From the NCBI GenBank assembly GCA_009693905.1, contig SHWG01000001.1:2682-66681 (forward strand): a stretch of DNA of 64,000 nucleotides. The letters run 5' to 3'. Both the position numbers and the translations under genes were made by a program. Positions 22,979 to 32,611 of the stretch are shown in pieces. This DNA is from Rhodospirillales bacterium (GTDB lineage Bacteria > Pseudomonadota > Alphaproteobacteria > Rhodospirillales > 2-12-FULL-67-15). The number at the start of each line of letters is the position of its first letter. The stretch's first letter is position 1. The notes under the pieces are model-generated. The model had not been told where the DNA came from. It worked only from the letters and a program-made list of their open reading frames with translations, and searched no databases.

Positions 22979-23557
22979 GTGGAAAGACTCAACGTCAAAA
23001 AGGATACGTTCATCTTTCGCGAGGGCGACAAGGGCGATGCCGCGTACGTGGTCGATGCCGGCTCCGTCGCCATCGTCAAGACCGTCGAAGGCACCGAGAT
23101 GCGGCTCGCGACCGTCGGGCTTGGCGGGATGTTCGGCGAAATGGCAATCCTCGACGGCTCGCCGCGCATGGCGGGCGCGCAGGCGCTGGAAGATTCGATC
23201 CTTGTCGTCGTGCCGCGCCGGACCATCGATGCAAAACTCAGCAAGTCCGATCCGTCTCTCGGCACGATATTTCGGGTTTTGGTCCAGAATCTGCGCAACG
23301 TCCATCACGCCTACATCAAGCGCGCGCGCGGCGCCGAGGATTTTCTCAACCTGATCGAATACAATCTCGCCAGCCTCTCGGCTTATATGAGCAAGACCGA
23401 GGACCGCGATCTCGCGGCCGCCACGAAGACGTCGCTGATGGCGATCCAGTTGGCGCTGAACGATCTCAAGCGCCAGTTCGCCGGGCACGAAGACCAGCGG
23501 GGCAGCGTTTTGCACGAGGCTGAAATGGTTGTTCCCCGGATGAGGCCGAAGGCCTGA
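22979..23557 (+). CDS. Cyclic-nucleotide-binding domain protein without a recognisable output domain
   Basis: cNMP-binding fold: FREGDKGDAAYVVDAGSVAI..GGMFGEMAILDGSPRMAGAQA. GTG start. C-terminal ~80 aa unassigned. Confidence 0.75.
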   Translation: MERLNVKKDTFIFREGDKGDAAYVVDAGSVAIVKTVEGTEMRLATVGLGGMFGEMAILDGSPRMAGAQALEDSILVVVPRRTIDAKLSKSDPSLGTIFRVLVQNLRNVHHAYIKRARGAEDFLNLIEYNLASLSAYMSKTEDRDLAAATKTSLMAIQLALNDLKRQFAGHEDQRGSVLHEAEMVVPRMRPKA

Positions 23558-23641
23558 GGGCGAGTTAACCTTGACATTTGCGCTCGGCTTCGTTGGTTTA
23601 AGGGCACGCCTTCCCCAGAGAACGCCTTCGGAAACTTTGTC

Positions 23642-24781
23642 ATGAAAATCGCCATCCCCAAGGAACGCCGGCCGGGCGAGCGCCGGGTGGCGGTTTCTCC
23701 AGATGTCGTCAAGAAACTCGCGGCGCTCGGCCTGGAAATCGCGGTCGAGACGGGCGCGGGCGACGGCAGCTCGTTTGCCGACGCGGCGTACAAGTCCGCC
23801 GGCGCCGAGATCGCGCCGAACGCGGCCGCCGCGCTCGGCGCCGCCGACATGGTCTGGAAGGTGCGCGCGCCCGAAGCCGGCGAGATCGCGGCCATGCGCA
23901 AGGACGCGATCCTTGTCGCCCACATGGCGGCGCTCACGGAGCGCGCCGGAATCCAGGCCTGCGCCGACGCCGGCCTCACCGTTTTCGCCATGGAGCTGAT
24001 GCCGCGCATCACCCGCGCGCAAGGCATGGATGTTCTTTCCTCTCAGTCGAATCTCGCCGGCTACCGGGCGGTGATCGAGGCGGCGTCCGAATTCGGCCGC
24101 GGGTTTCCGATGATGATGACGGCGGCGGGGACGGTGGCGCCGGCCAAGGTGTTCGTCATGGGGGTCGGCGTCGCCGGGTTGCAGGCGATCGCCACCGCCA
24201 AGCGCATGGGCGCGGTGGTCACGGCCTACGACGTCCGCGCCGCGACCAAGGAGCAGGTCGAAAGCCTCGGCGGCAAATTCGTGGTGGTGGACGCGGAAGC
24301 GATGAAGACCGCGCAGACCGCCGGCGGCTACGCCAAGGAAATGACCGAGGACTACCGGAAGAAAGAACAAGCGGTTATCGCCGAGCACATCAAGAAGCAG
24401 GATATCGTTATTACTACCGCGCTGATCCCGGGCAAGCGCGCCCCGGTGCTGGTGACGGAGGAAATGGTGCGCTCGCTCGCGCCCGGTTCGGTGATCGTGG
24501 ATTTGGCGGTCGAGGCGGGCGGCAACTGCGCCGGTGCCGAGGCGGACAAGATCGTGGTCAAGAACGGCGTCAAGATCGTCGGCTACACCGACATGTCGAG
24601 CCGCATCGCCGCCGATTCAAGCGCGCTCTACGCGCGCAACCTGCTCAATTTCCTGACGCCGCTGCTCGATAAGCAGACCCATGCGCTCGCCATCAACTGG
24701 GACGACGAGATCGTCAAGGGCACGCTGGTCGCGCGCGACGGCCGGATCGTGCATCCCTTGCTCGCGTCGGGAGGAAACTGA
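23642..24781 (+). CDS. pntA: NAD(P) transhydrogenase subunit alpha part 1
   Basis: [17 protein letters not shown].., [18 protein letters not shown] dinucleotide fold. Confidence 0.95.
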   Translation: MKIAIPKERRPGERRVAVSPDVVKKLAALGLEIAVETGAGDGSSFADAAYKSAGAEIAPNAAAALGAADMVWKVRAPEAGEIAAMRKDAILVAHMAALTERAGIQACADAGLTVFAMELMPRITRAQGMDVLSSQSNLAGYRAVIEAASEFGRGFPMMMTAAGTVAPAKVFVMGVGVAGLQAIATAKRMGAVVTAYDVRAATKEQVESLGGKFVVVDAEAMKTAQTAGGYAKEMTEDYRKKEQAVIAEHIKKQDIVITTALIPGKRAPVLVTEEMVRSLAPGSVIVDLAVEAGGNCAGAEADKIVVKNGVKIVGYTDMSSRIAADSSALYARNLLNFLTPLLDKQTHALAINWDDEIVKGTLVARDGRIVHPLLASGGN

Positions 24782-24782
24782 C

Positions 24783-25196
24783 ATGGACATCGGCCAGGTC
24801 GTCGAGCACGCTTCCCGTCTCGCCGCCGAGGCGGCGAAACTGGCGGCTTCCGCCGGCAAGCTCGCGTCCGAGACGGCGCCACTGGCCGCAAGCCAGGGCC
24901 CGATCGGCGATCCCTTCCTTTCGCTCTTCACCGTGTTCGTGCTCGCCTGTTTCGTCGGCTTCTACGTGGTTTGGAGTGTGACGCCCGCGCTCCACTCGCC
25001 GCTGATGTCGGTGACCAACGCCATTTCCTCGGTGATCGTGGTCGGCGGCCTGCTCGCCGCCGGACCCCAAGAGATGAATTTCGCCAAGGTGATGGGGTTC
25101 CTCGCGGTGACGCTGGCCTCGGTCAACATCTTCGGCGGATTTATCGTCACCCAGCGCATGCTCGGCATGTTCAAGAAAAAGGCGAAAAAGCCATGA
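24783..25196 (+). CDS. pntA: NAD(P) transhydrogenase subunit alpha part 2 (membrane)
   Basis: [35 protein letters not shown]; starts 2 nt after part 1. Confidence 0.92.
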   Translation: MDIGQVVEHASRLAAEAAKLAASAGKLASETAPLAASQGPIGDPFLSLFTVFVLACFVGFYVVWSVTPALHSPLMSVTNAISSVIVVGGLLAAGPQEMNFAKVMGFLAVTLASVNIFGGFIVTQRMLGMFKKKAKKP

Positions 25197-26590
25197 GCGC
25201 GAGCCTGAGCGGTTTCGCCTACCTGATCGCCTCGGTGCTGTTCATTCTGGCGCTCCGGGGCCTGAGTTCGCCGGAAAGCGCGCGGACCGGCAACATGTTC
25301 GGCGTCGCCGGCATGGTGGTGGCGGTGGTCGCGACGCTCGCCGACCCCGGGGTCCTGTCCTTCGGGATGATCGTGCTCGCGATCCTGATCGGCGGTTCGA
25401 TCGGAACCGTGGTCGCGCTCAAGATCAACATGACCGCGCTGCCCCAGCTCGTCGCCGCGTTCCACAGCTTGGTCGGCCTGGCGGCGGTGTTCGTGGCGGC
25501 GGCGGCCTTCCATAACCCTGAGGCCTTCGCGATCGGCGTGCCCGGCCGGATCATGACCGCGAGCGTGATCGAGCTGTCGCTCGGCACCGCCATCGGCGCG
25601 GTGACGTTCTCGGGCTCGGTAATCGCGTTCGCCAAGCTGCAAGGGATCATGAGCGGCGCGCCGATCGTTTTCTCCGGCCAGCACAAGCTCAACGCCGCGA
25701 TCGGCGCCGTGATCGCGGTTTTGATCGTCGTCTTGATCTTCAGCCAGTCGGGCTCGGTGTTCTGGCTGCTGGTCCTGTTTTCGTTCCTGATCGGATTCCT
25801 GCTCATCGTCCCCATCGGAGGGGCGGACATGCCGGTCGTGGTGTCGATGCTGAACTCGTATTCGGGCTGGGCCGCCGCCGGCATCGGCTTCACGCTCTCG
25901 AACCCGGCCCTGATCATCGTCGGCGCGCTGGTCGGCTCCTCGGGCGCGATCCTGAGCTACATCATGTGCAAGGGGATGAACCGCTCGATCGTCAACGTGC
26001 TGCTCGGCGGCTTCGGCGGCGTGGCGGCGGGTCCGGCCGCCGCCGGCGGCGCGGGCGACCGCGGCGTCAAATCGGGCGGCGCCGAGGACGCGGCGTTCCT
26101 GCTCTCGAACGCCGCCAAGGTCATCATCGTGCCCGGCTACGGCATGGCGGTCGCCCAGGCCCAGCACGCGCTCCGCGAGATGGCCGACCGGCTCAAGGCC
26201 GCGGGCTGCGAGGTCCGCTACGCGATCCACCCGGTGGCGGGCCGCATGCCCGGGCACATGAACGTGCTGTTGGCCGAAGCCAACGTGCCCTACGACGAGG
26301 TATTCGAGTTGGAAGAGATCAACCACGAGTTCGCCACCGCCGACGTCGCCTACGTCATCGGCGCCAACGATGTCACCAACCCGGCGGCCAAGTCCGACCC
26401 CAAGAGCCCGATCTACGGCATGCCGGTCCTCGACGTCGAGAAGGCGAAGGCGGTGCTGTTTATCAAACGCTCGATGGCTTCGGGCTACGCCGGAGTGGAC
26501 AACGAGCTGTTCTTCCGCGGCAATACCATGATGCTGTTCGGCGACGCCAAGAAAATGACCGAAGAGATCGTCGCCGCCCTCGGCTCCTAG
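25193..26590 (+). CDS. pntB: NAD(P) transhydrogenase subunit beta
   Basis: ATGA overlap with the preceding gene. [30 protein letters not shown]. Stop TAG at 26588-26590 lies inside the left inverted repeat of the downstream element. Confidence 0.95.
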   Translation: MSASLSGFAYLIASVLFILALRGLSSPESARTGNMFGVAGMVVAVVATLADPGVLSFGMIVLAILIGGSIGTVVALKINMTALPQLVAAFHSLVGLAAVFVAAAAFHNPEAFAIGVPGRIMTASVIELSLGTAIGAVTFSGSVIAFAKLQGIMSGAPIVFSGQHKLNAAIGAVIAVLIVVLIFSQSGSVFWLLVLFSFLIGFLLIVPIGGADMPVVVSMLNSYSGWAAAGIGFTLSNPALIIVGALVGSSGAILSYIMCKGMNRSIVNVLLGGFGGVAAGPAAAGGAGDRGVKSGGAEDAAFLLSNAAKVIIVPGYGMAVAQAQHALREMADRLKAAGCEVRYAIHPVAGRMPGHMNVLLAEANVPYDEVFELEEINHEFATADVAYVIGANDVTNPAAKSDPKSPIYGMPVLDVEKAKAVLFIKRSMASGYAGVDNELFFRGNTMMLFGDAKKMTEEIVAALGS

Positions 26591-26988
26591 AGCATTATCC
26601 GACCAAATGGAACCGCTGCGCCGGAGGGATTTTGCGTCGCGGGCGAAAGCCCTCGCCAATTGTTGGGCCGCCCCTCTCGGGCGGCGGGCGAAAGCCCGCG
26701 CCAATTGTTGGGCCGCCCCTCTCGGGCGGCGGGCAGGAGAAGGGCGAAGCGCGTAGCCCGGCCTACGCGCGAGCCGTTCGACGAACCCGCGCCGCAAAAG
26801 CCCCCGGCCCTGCGGGTTGCGCTGGTCGAAACGCCGAAGGCGTTTCGACGGTGCCCGTTCGACCGCGCTGCGGTCGAACCGTTGCGCCGCTCGGCCGATG
26901 CGGAGGCATCGCCCTTCGCGCCGCGCCTGGCGGGTCGCCTCGCCACGGCACAACGCAGTCGATTTCATTTGGTCGGATAATGCTCTAG
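26587..26988. mobile_element. MITE-like non-autonomous element, 402 bp, perfect 23-bp terminal inverted repeats
   Basis: Left ctagagcattatccgaccaaatg (26587-26609) is the exact reverse complement of right catttggtcggataatgctctag (26966-26988). The interior has only hairpins and tandem repeats, with no credible ORF. Confidence 0.6.
26641..26730. repeat. 45-bp tandem repeat x2 inside the MITE-like element
   Basis: gggcgaaagccc(t/g)cgccaattgttgggccgcccctctcgggcggc twice, with one mismatch. Contains the gccgccc-ctct-gggcggc and gcgggc-gaaa-gcccgc hairpins. Confidence 0.85.
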
Positions 26989-27320
26989 ACCTGAAGCTTC
27001 AACTGGCCGGGCTTGGCCGCGCCGCGCCGGTCGGCTTTCCGGGCGCCGCGCGCTTTGAGCTTCGCGTTCTCGTCCTTGAGGAACCGGGCTTGGAGGGCGA
27101 GCCGCACCGCCTGGGCCGAAATGCCCTGGACGCCGTGGACGAACCAATCTTGGACGGTGCGCGGGTGGCAATCGAGAATTTCGGCGAGCCGGCCGGCGTA
27201 ACGGGCGAGGCTTTGCCCTTCGCCGAACAGGACGATGCAGGAGGCGTGCACGTCCTCGGGTTTCATCCGCGACGGCGGGCGAGCATGTTTTGCGGAAGTT
27301 TTGAAACGCGATTGCGCCAT
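26985..27320 (-). CDS. Hypothetical small protein, possible helix-turn-helix DNA-binding protein
   Basis: 111 aa. The segment YAGRLAEILDCHPRTVQDWFVHG looks like an HTH; basic C-terminal tail. The stop (cta, 26985-26987) lies in the right inverted repeat of the element. Confidence 0.45.
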   Translation of the reverse strand: MAQSRFKTSAKHARPPSRMKPEDVHASCIVLFGEGQSLARYAGRLAEILDCHPRTVQDWFVHGVQGISAQAVRLALQARFLKDENAKLKARGARKADRRGAAKPGQLKLQV

Positions 27321-27333
27321 GGCGCGCTTTCCC

Positions 27334-27348
27334 CTAGCAGCCTGCTAG
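27334..27348. promoter_or_regulatory. 15-bp palindrome just upstream of the small HTH-like gene
   Basis: ctagcag c ctgctag, 14-28 nt upstream of the ATG at 27320, next to its RBS. Confidence 0.3.
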
Positions 27349-27404
27349 TCCATGCCCGAGACTATCACCAAACCGGCGCGGCCGGGGAGGGGCTCGTCCT
27401 CCCG

Positions 27405-27635
27405 TCAACAGCAGTCTTTTGCGCTTTTGCCGCCTTGCGCCTGAATCGGCGGGCAGGGAACCGTACCGTAGGAGCAGAACACGCAGCAATCGCCGGGTTT
27501 GGGTTTTAGCATCATCGCGCAGCCGGGGCAGGTCCAGCGGACCAGGCAATAATCCTCGGGCATGCGTTCCGCGGCCGTACGCGCGCACGCGGGACAGGTC
27601 AAAACCGAATCGAGAATCGGGGTGGCGCCGGTCAT
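27405..27635 (-). CDS. GDCCVxC-domain cysteine-rich protein
   Basis: MTGATPILDSVLTCPACA..WTCPGCAMMLKPKPGDCCVFCSYGTVPCPP..KDCC; 11 Cys in 76 aa. The start at 27635 is chosen because the upstream extension overlaps the rpsU terminator. Confidence 0.72.
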   Translation of the reverse strand: MTGATPILDSVLTCPACARTAAERMPEDYCLVRWTCPGCAMMLKPKPGDCCVFCSYGTVPCPPIQAQGGKSAKDCC

Positions 27636-27654
27636 GGAACGCATTATAGCCCCC

Positions 27655-27688
27655 AAAAACACGAACGCCGCCGAGAGGTTCGGCGGCG
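27655..27688 (-). terminator. Rho-independent terminator after rpsU
   Basis: On the minus strand: cgccgccga-acctc-tcggcggcg followed by ttcgtgttttt. Confidence 0.6.
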
Positions 27689-27713
27689 GGTTCGGTCGAT
27701 CGGTCGGGTTCTT

Positions 27714-27917
27714 TTAAAACCCTTCGCGTTCGAGGCGCTTGCGTTCCAGCTTGCGGGTGCGGCGGATGGCTTCGGCTTTTTCGCGGGCCCGGCGCTCCGA
27801 GGGTTTTTCGAAGGCGCGGCGGATCTTCATTTCCCGGAACACACCCTCGCGCTGAAGTTTCTTTTTCAGGACCTTGAGGGCCTGATCGACATTGTTGTCG
27901 CGAACGGTAACCTGCAC
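27714..27917 (-). CDS. rpsU: 30S ribosomal protein S21
   Basis: [31 protein letters not shown]..; 67 aa. Confidence 0.97.
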   Translation of the reverse strand: MQVTVRDNNVDQALKVLKKKLQREGVFREMKIRRAFEKPSERRAREKAEAIRRTRKLERKRLEREGF

Positions 27918-28083
27918 GGTGCTTTATCGCCTCCAGCGTATGTAAGCCGTTGATAACTTGGAAAACCCACTTTCCGGAACCGCCCGGGAGCAGGAGGGCT
28001 GGGCTTCTATCATGCCCGGTCCGGCTTGAAAAGGCTCGATGCGGCGGGTTAACTGGCCTTCCCTTCGGTCTGGAGCTTTATCC

Positions 28084-28671
28084 TTGGCCATCCTCAAGAT
28101 CGCCCGCATGGGTCATCCGGTCCTGGCCACCCCCGCCCGGCCGGTCGAGAACCCCGCCGCGCCCGAAATTCGCGCCCTGATCCGGGACATGGAGGAAACC
28201 ATGCTTGACGCCCCGGGAATCGGCTTGGCCGCGCCCCAGGTGCATGTGCCGCTCCGGATCGTCGTGTTCCTGGTGCCGGAGAGGCCGGGCGAACTGGAGC
28301 CGCGCGCGGACGCGGCGCGCGACGGCGCGGACGAAGATCCGGCGCGGGTGCCCGACGGTCTCAACGTCCTGATCAACCCCGTGATCGAGCCGCTCGGCGA
28401 GGAAATGGAAGAAAACTGGGAGGGATGCCTTTCGGTTCCCGGCATGACCGGGCGGGTTCCCCGCTTTGTCCGCATCCGCTATTCGGGTCTGGACGTGGAG
28501 GGACGACATTTCGCGCGCGAAGCCGCCGGCTTTCACGCCCGCGTCGTCCAGCACGAGTGCGACCATCTCGACGGCATTCTCTATCCCCGGCGGATGCGCG
28601 ATCTTGCGAGCTTCGGGTTCGTCGAGGAAATCCGCAAGACCCACGGGGCGGACGCGGGCAACGAGGAATAG
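28084..28671 (+). CDS. def: Peptide deformylase
   Basis: GIGLAAPQV, EGCLSVPG, QHECDHLDG. TTG at 28084 (AILKIARMGHPVL) lies 8 nt after ggag; alternative ATG at 28108. Confidence 0.9.
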   Translation: MAILKIARMGHPVLATPARPVENPAAPEIRALIRDMEETMLDAPGIGLAAPQVHVPLRIVVFLVPERPGELEPRADAARDGADEDPARVPDGLNVLINPVIEPLGEEMEENWEGCLSVPGMTGRVPRFVRIRYSGLDVEGRHFAREAAGFHARVVQHECDHLDGILYPRRMRDLASFGFVEEIRKTHGADAGNEE

Positions 28672-28675
28672 ACGA

Positions 28676-29428
28676 ATGGCCAAGCGCAAGACGAAGAATA
28701 GAACGACGCGCGGGGCGCGCGCGGAGCGCACGACGGACGTCGCGCGCCTGCGGGACAAAATACTCACCGCCAGCCTGCGCCACGTCGCCTTCGACGGCTG
28801 GACGGCCAAGGCGATGGCCGCCGGCGCCAAGGATGCCGGAGCGGGCGCCACCGGTCTCGTCCGCGCATTCCCGGGCGGCCCCAAGGACGCGGCGCGGCAT
28901 TTTGGCGCGCTGACCGATCGCCGGATGACGCAAGCGCTCGGCCGCCAATTGCGCCGCACGCCGTTGCGGACCCACGAGCGGGTCGCGGCGGCGGTGCGCG
29001 CGCGGCTGCGTATTCTGGCTCCGCATCGGGAGGCGGTTCGGCGCCTGCTTGCCTTCCTCGCGCTCCCGTTTAACGCGACCTTGGCGGCGAAGCTTCTCTG
29101 GCGTTCGGCCGACGCGGTCTGGCGCGCGGCCGGGGACACCTCGACCGATTTCAACTATTACACCAAGCGCTCCTTGCTCGCGGGCGTTTACGGCTCGACG
29201 CTGCTCTTCTGGCTCGCGGACGAAAGCGGGGATTTCGCCGCGACCGACGCTTTTCTCGAACGGCGGATCGCCGACGTCATGAAGATCTTTTCGGTGCGCG
29301 CGCGGCTCAAGTCGGTCGGGGACGGCTTGGCCATGGCGCGGGCTTTGAGCGAAAAGTTTGGGCAATTCGTCCCGCCCGGGCTATGGCGCCGGTTCGGGCA
29401 AGGGTTCCGGCCCCGCCGGTCCGCCTGA
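28676..29428 (+). CDS. COQ9-family protein ('rpsU-divergently transcribed protein')
   Basis: LRDKILTASLRHVAFDGWT..; position near and divergent from rpsU fits the family name. 250 aa. Confidence 0.7.
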   Translation: MAKRKTKNRTTRGARAERTTDVARLRDKILTASLRHVAFDGWTAKAMAAGAKDAGAGATGLVRAFPGGPKDAARHFGALTDRRMTQALGRQLRRTPLRTHERVAAAVRARLRILAPHREAVRRLLAFLALPFNATLAAKLLWRSADAVWRAAGDTSTDFNYYTKRSLLAGVYGSTLLFWLADESGDFAATDAFLERRIADVMKIFSVRARLKSVGDGLAMARALSEKFGQFVPPGLWRRFGQGFRPRRSA

Positions 29429-29499
29429 GCGGAGTCGGGATAGGCTCCGGCCGGTCCGGCGTGGTATCCTCGCCTGCCCTTGGAGCGGAGGCGCGATTT

Positions 29500-30534
29500 A
29501 TGAGTTCCTGGGATTTTGGCGACAAATCCGGCGCGCCGGCCGGCCGGCCGGCCACGGAAGATGCTCAGGCTGGCGGGGGCGTCGCTTTTCCGTTCGCGCC
29601 CGCCGCGTCGGCGCCGATCCTGGTGCCCGGATTGGGCGGCGGGGAAGCGGCGAAACCGGTGATGGACGAAGATTCTGTTTTTGGCCCGCCTACCGGTGGG
29701 ACCGCCGCCGGCTTCGCGCCCGCGGCGGCGTCGGACGCGCTCGCCGATCATTTTCTCGCCTGCTGCCGGCTTGGGCGCTATCTCACCGTCGCCCAGGGCA
29801 ACCGTTTCGTCATTACCGACGATTTCCGCGCGTCGCCCGCCCAGGCTCCCGCCGACGCGGCGGCGATGGCCGCGATCTATTCGCGCGACTTCCTGGTGGC
29901 GGAATCGGCGCTGCTGCCGCTCGGGCGGACGGCGGGGCGGCTGGAGGGCGCGGAGCGCGCGAAGTTCGAACGTCTGTTCGATCTGATCGAGGCGCACGCG
30001 CTTGCGCCGGCGGTGAAGTCGTCGGCGCACGCGATGCTGGAGCGGGATTTCAGCCTGATCGATCTCCGGGCGATCGAGGGCGATCTCGATCTTCGCCTCA
30101 GCCCGGCCAGAACGCGCTACCGCGAGTTTCTGGCCATCGTCGCTCGGTTGATCCAGGGCGACGTCGCGGCGCGCGACTTCGTCCAGGAATTCGTCGATTT
30201 CACCCGCACCGTGGCGGGACGGCTCGATTTCGGCATCTATAGCTTCTGCATCGACCGCATTTTCGGCAGCCCGCGCGTGCCCGAAGGCGTCAAGCGGGTG
30301 CTGGCGGTGGAAATCATCAAGTACCCGCCCTTGGTCCGGCGCGAACTGGTCACCAACATCCTGACGCTTCCGGGCCAGCCGCCCGAACTGGTGGCTTTCG
30401 TCCGGCGGCTTCTCAACGACCGGCTCGAGCGCGCGCACTTGATCGAGATCGAACTGCTCGAGGCGGTGAAGGCCTCGCGCCTCACCATGGGCGAGATCGA
30501 AACCCGGCTCAGGCGCGAAATCCGGCCAGCGTAA
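29500..30534 (+). CDS. Hypothetical protein (Ala/Gly/Pro-rich N-terminus, helical C-terminal ~230 aa)
   Basis: Coding-like GC3 over 344 aa from the ATG at 29500 (ORF opens at 29383). No motif I recognise. Confidence 0.55.
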   Translation: MSSWDFGDKSGAPAGRPATEDAQAGGGVAFPFAPAASAPILVPGLGGGEAAKPVMDEDSVFGPPTGGTAAGFAPAAASDALADHFLACCRLGRYLTVAQGNRFVITDDFRASPAQAPADAAAMAAIYSRDFLVAESALLPLGRTAGRLEGAERAKFERLFDLIEAHALAPAVKSSAHAMLERDFSLIDLRAIEGDLDLRLSPARTRYREFLAIVARLIQGDVAARDFVQEFVDFTRTVAGRLDFGIYSFCIDRIFGSPRVPEGVKRVLAVEIIKYPPLVRRELVTNILTLPGQPPELVAFVRRLLNDRLERAHLIEIELLEAVKASRLTMGEIETRLRREIRPA

Positions 30535-30567
30535 TCCGCTCTAGCGGCTGCGGGTTCTCTTGTTGGC

Positions 30568-30642
30568 TCAGGCGAGCACGGCGGCGAACAGCGTGAACGC
30601 CGCTATCGAGACAACGAGAAAAGCCAGTTCTCCCCCGGTCAT
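30568..30642 (-). CDS. Candidate 24-aa hydrophobic micro-protein
   Basis: Hand translation gives MTGGELAFLVVSIAAFTLFAAVLA*. The ATG is preceded by ggaagga at 8 nt. Confidence 0.3.
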   Translation of the reverse strand: MTGGELAFLVVSIAAFTLFAAVLA

Positions 30643-30684
30643 GAATGGGTTCCTTCCGCTCAGGGTTCGGGTTTCGGGTCCACT

Positions 30685-30752
30685 AAATCCATAATTTGAA
30701 TATGGATATAATGCCCGAAAACGAAATTGACCTCAAATAAATTATGGGATTT
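30685..30752. repeat. AT-rich inverted repeat between purK and the micro-ORF
   Basis: aaatccataattt (30685-30697) pairs with aaattatgggattt (30739-30752) with one extra g. Embedded in a locally AT-rich segment. Confidence 0.4.
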
Positions 30753-30763
30753 GGGACGGGCTC

Positions 30764-31897
30764 TTAGCCGGGATTTTTGCGGCCGAGGGAGCCCTTGGGG
30801 TAAAGGCGGGTGACGTGGCCCATCTTGCGCCCCGCGCGCGCTTCGGCTTTGCCGTAGAGGTGCAGACAGGTGCCGGGCTCGGCTGCGAGCGTGGGCCACT
30901 CCTGCACATCCGCGCCGATCAAGTTGGTCATGATCGCGTCCGAGTGGCGCTCGACCGAACCCAAGGGCAGGCCCATGACGGCGCGCACCAACTGCTCGAA
31001 TTGGCTGACGGGGCAGGCATCGAGGGTCCAGTGGCCGGAATTGTGCGGCCGGGGCGCGACCTCGTTGACCAGGAGCCGGCCGTCGCGGGCGACGAACATC
31101 TCGACCGCGAGCAGGCCGACGATTCCGAGCGCCTCGGCGAGCTTCGCGGCGGTCGCGCCCGCGGTTTTCGCCAACGCCGGCGATATGCCGGCCGGCGCGG
31201 TGGTGGTGTCGAGGATGTGGTGCGTGTGCACGTTCTCGACCGCCGGATAGGCGGCCGTGGCGCCATCGATCCCGCGCGCGATGATGACGGAAATCTCGCG
31301 CTCCATATCCACGAACGCTTCGAGAATGCCCCGATCCGCGCCCATGCTTTTCCAGGCGGCCGCAAGATCGTTATGCGAAGGCATGCCTGACGGCATGACG
31401 CCGGGCGCGATCTTCACCTGGCCCTTGCCGTCGTAACCGAGGCGCGCGGTCTTGAACACCGCCGGAAGGCCGATTTCGCGGGCGGCCTGGGCGAGCGAAC
31501 CGGAATCGTTCACCGCCCGCCACGGCGCGGTGGCGATGCCCTGCTGGTTGATGAACGTCTTTTCCGCGATCCGGTCCTGGGCGATGGCCAGCGCGTCCGC
31601 GCCCGGGCGCGTGGGCTTGATCCGGGCGAGGCGGCGGACGCTTTCGGCCGGGATGTTCTCGAACTCGAAGGTGATCGCGTCCACGGCGCGGGCGAAGGAT
31701 TCGAGCGCGCGCTGGTCTTCGTACGGCGCGACGGTGGCCCGTTCCGCCACCTGTCGGGCGGGCGAATCCGCCTCGGGCGAGAACACGTGGCAGCGATAGC
31801 CGAGCCGGGCGGCGGCGAGCGCGGTCATGCGGCCGAGCTGGCCGCCTCCAATGACGCCGAGAACGCTTCCGGGTGGAAGAGGGGCGCGCGGGGTCAT
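30764..31897 (-). CDS. purK: N5-carboxyaminoimidazole ribonucleotide synthase
   Basis: VIGGGQLGRM, ATP-grasp core; directly downstream of purE. Confidence 0.93.
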   Translation of the reverse strand: MTPRAPLPPGSVLGVIGGGQLGRMTALAAARLGYRCHVFSPEADSPARQVAERATVAPYEDQRALESFARAVDAITFEFENIPAESVRRLARIKPTRPGADALAIAQDRIAEKTFINQQGIATAPWRAVNDSGSLAQAAREIGLPAVFKTARLGYDGKGQVKIAPGVMPSGMPSHNDLAAAWKSMGADRGILEAFVDMEREISVIIARGIDGATAAYPAVENVHTHHILDTTTAPAGISPALAKTAGATAAKLAEALGIVGLLAVEMFVARDGRLLVNEVAPRPHNSGHWTLDACPVSQFEQLVRAVMGLPLGSVERHSDAIMTNLIGADVQEWPTLAAEPGTCLHLYGKAEARAGRKMGHVTRLYPKGSLGRKNPG

Positions 31898-31913
31898 CGC
31901 GTAAGGGGCCGGA

Positions 31914-32468
31914 TCAGCGCCGACGTTGGCGGCCCGCGCCGCCGGACTTGGCCTTCGGCCGGCTCGCGATGGCGGCGGTCTGGGCCGCGCGCCAGGCGTC
32001 GAGCCGGGCGCGGACGCGGGCGTCCGAGAGCGCCAACACCGCCGCCGTCAACAACGCCGCGTTGATCGCGCCCGAGCGTCCGATCGCGAGCGTGCCGACC
32101 GGAATTCCGGGAGGCATCTGGGCGATGGCGAGCAGGCTGTCGAGCCCTTTGAGGGTTTTTGATTCGACCGGAACGCCGAAAACGGGAAGGGCGGTCAGCG
32201 CTGCGGCCATGCCCGGCAGATGCGCCGCGCCGCCGGCCCCGGCGATGATCGCCTTAAGCCCGCGCCTGCGCGCGCCTGTGGCATAGGCGTAAAGCCGTTT
32301 CGGAGTGCGGTGCGCCGAGACGATTCGCGTCTCGAAGCGAATGCCAAGCGCCTTCAGGGTCTGGGCGGCGTGGCTGAGCGTCTCCCAATCCGACTGGCTG
32401 CCCATGATCACGCCGACCTCGACCCTGCCCCGGCGGGTGGTTTTACGCTTGGTTCGGGAGGGGGGCAT
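31914..32468 (-). CDS. purE: N5-carboxyaminoimidazole ribonucleotide mutase
   Basis: [31 protein letters not shown]. Confidence 0.95.
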   Translation of the reverse strand: MPPSRTKRKTTRRGRVEVGVIMGSQSDWETLSHAAQTLKALGIRFETRIVSAHRTPKRLYAYATGARRRGLKAIIAGAGGAAHLPGMAAALTALPVFGVPVESKTLKGLDSLLAIAQMPPGIPVGTLAIGRSGAINAALLTAAVLALSDARVRARLDAWRAAQTAAIASRPKAKSGGAGRQRRR

Positions 32469-32611
32469 GGGGACGCTTCCTCGTTTCGGGAAGCGGGGGA
32501 TTATAGGCCGGGGCCGGGGCCTGACAAGCCTAGCAACCCATTAACCCTTGTTGGACTATAATGGTCGGCGGGGACCGCTTCGGTCGGGGCGTGGCCCTCG
32601 AGGAGTGTGCG

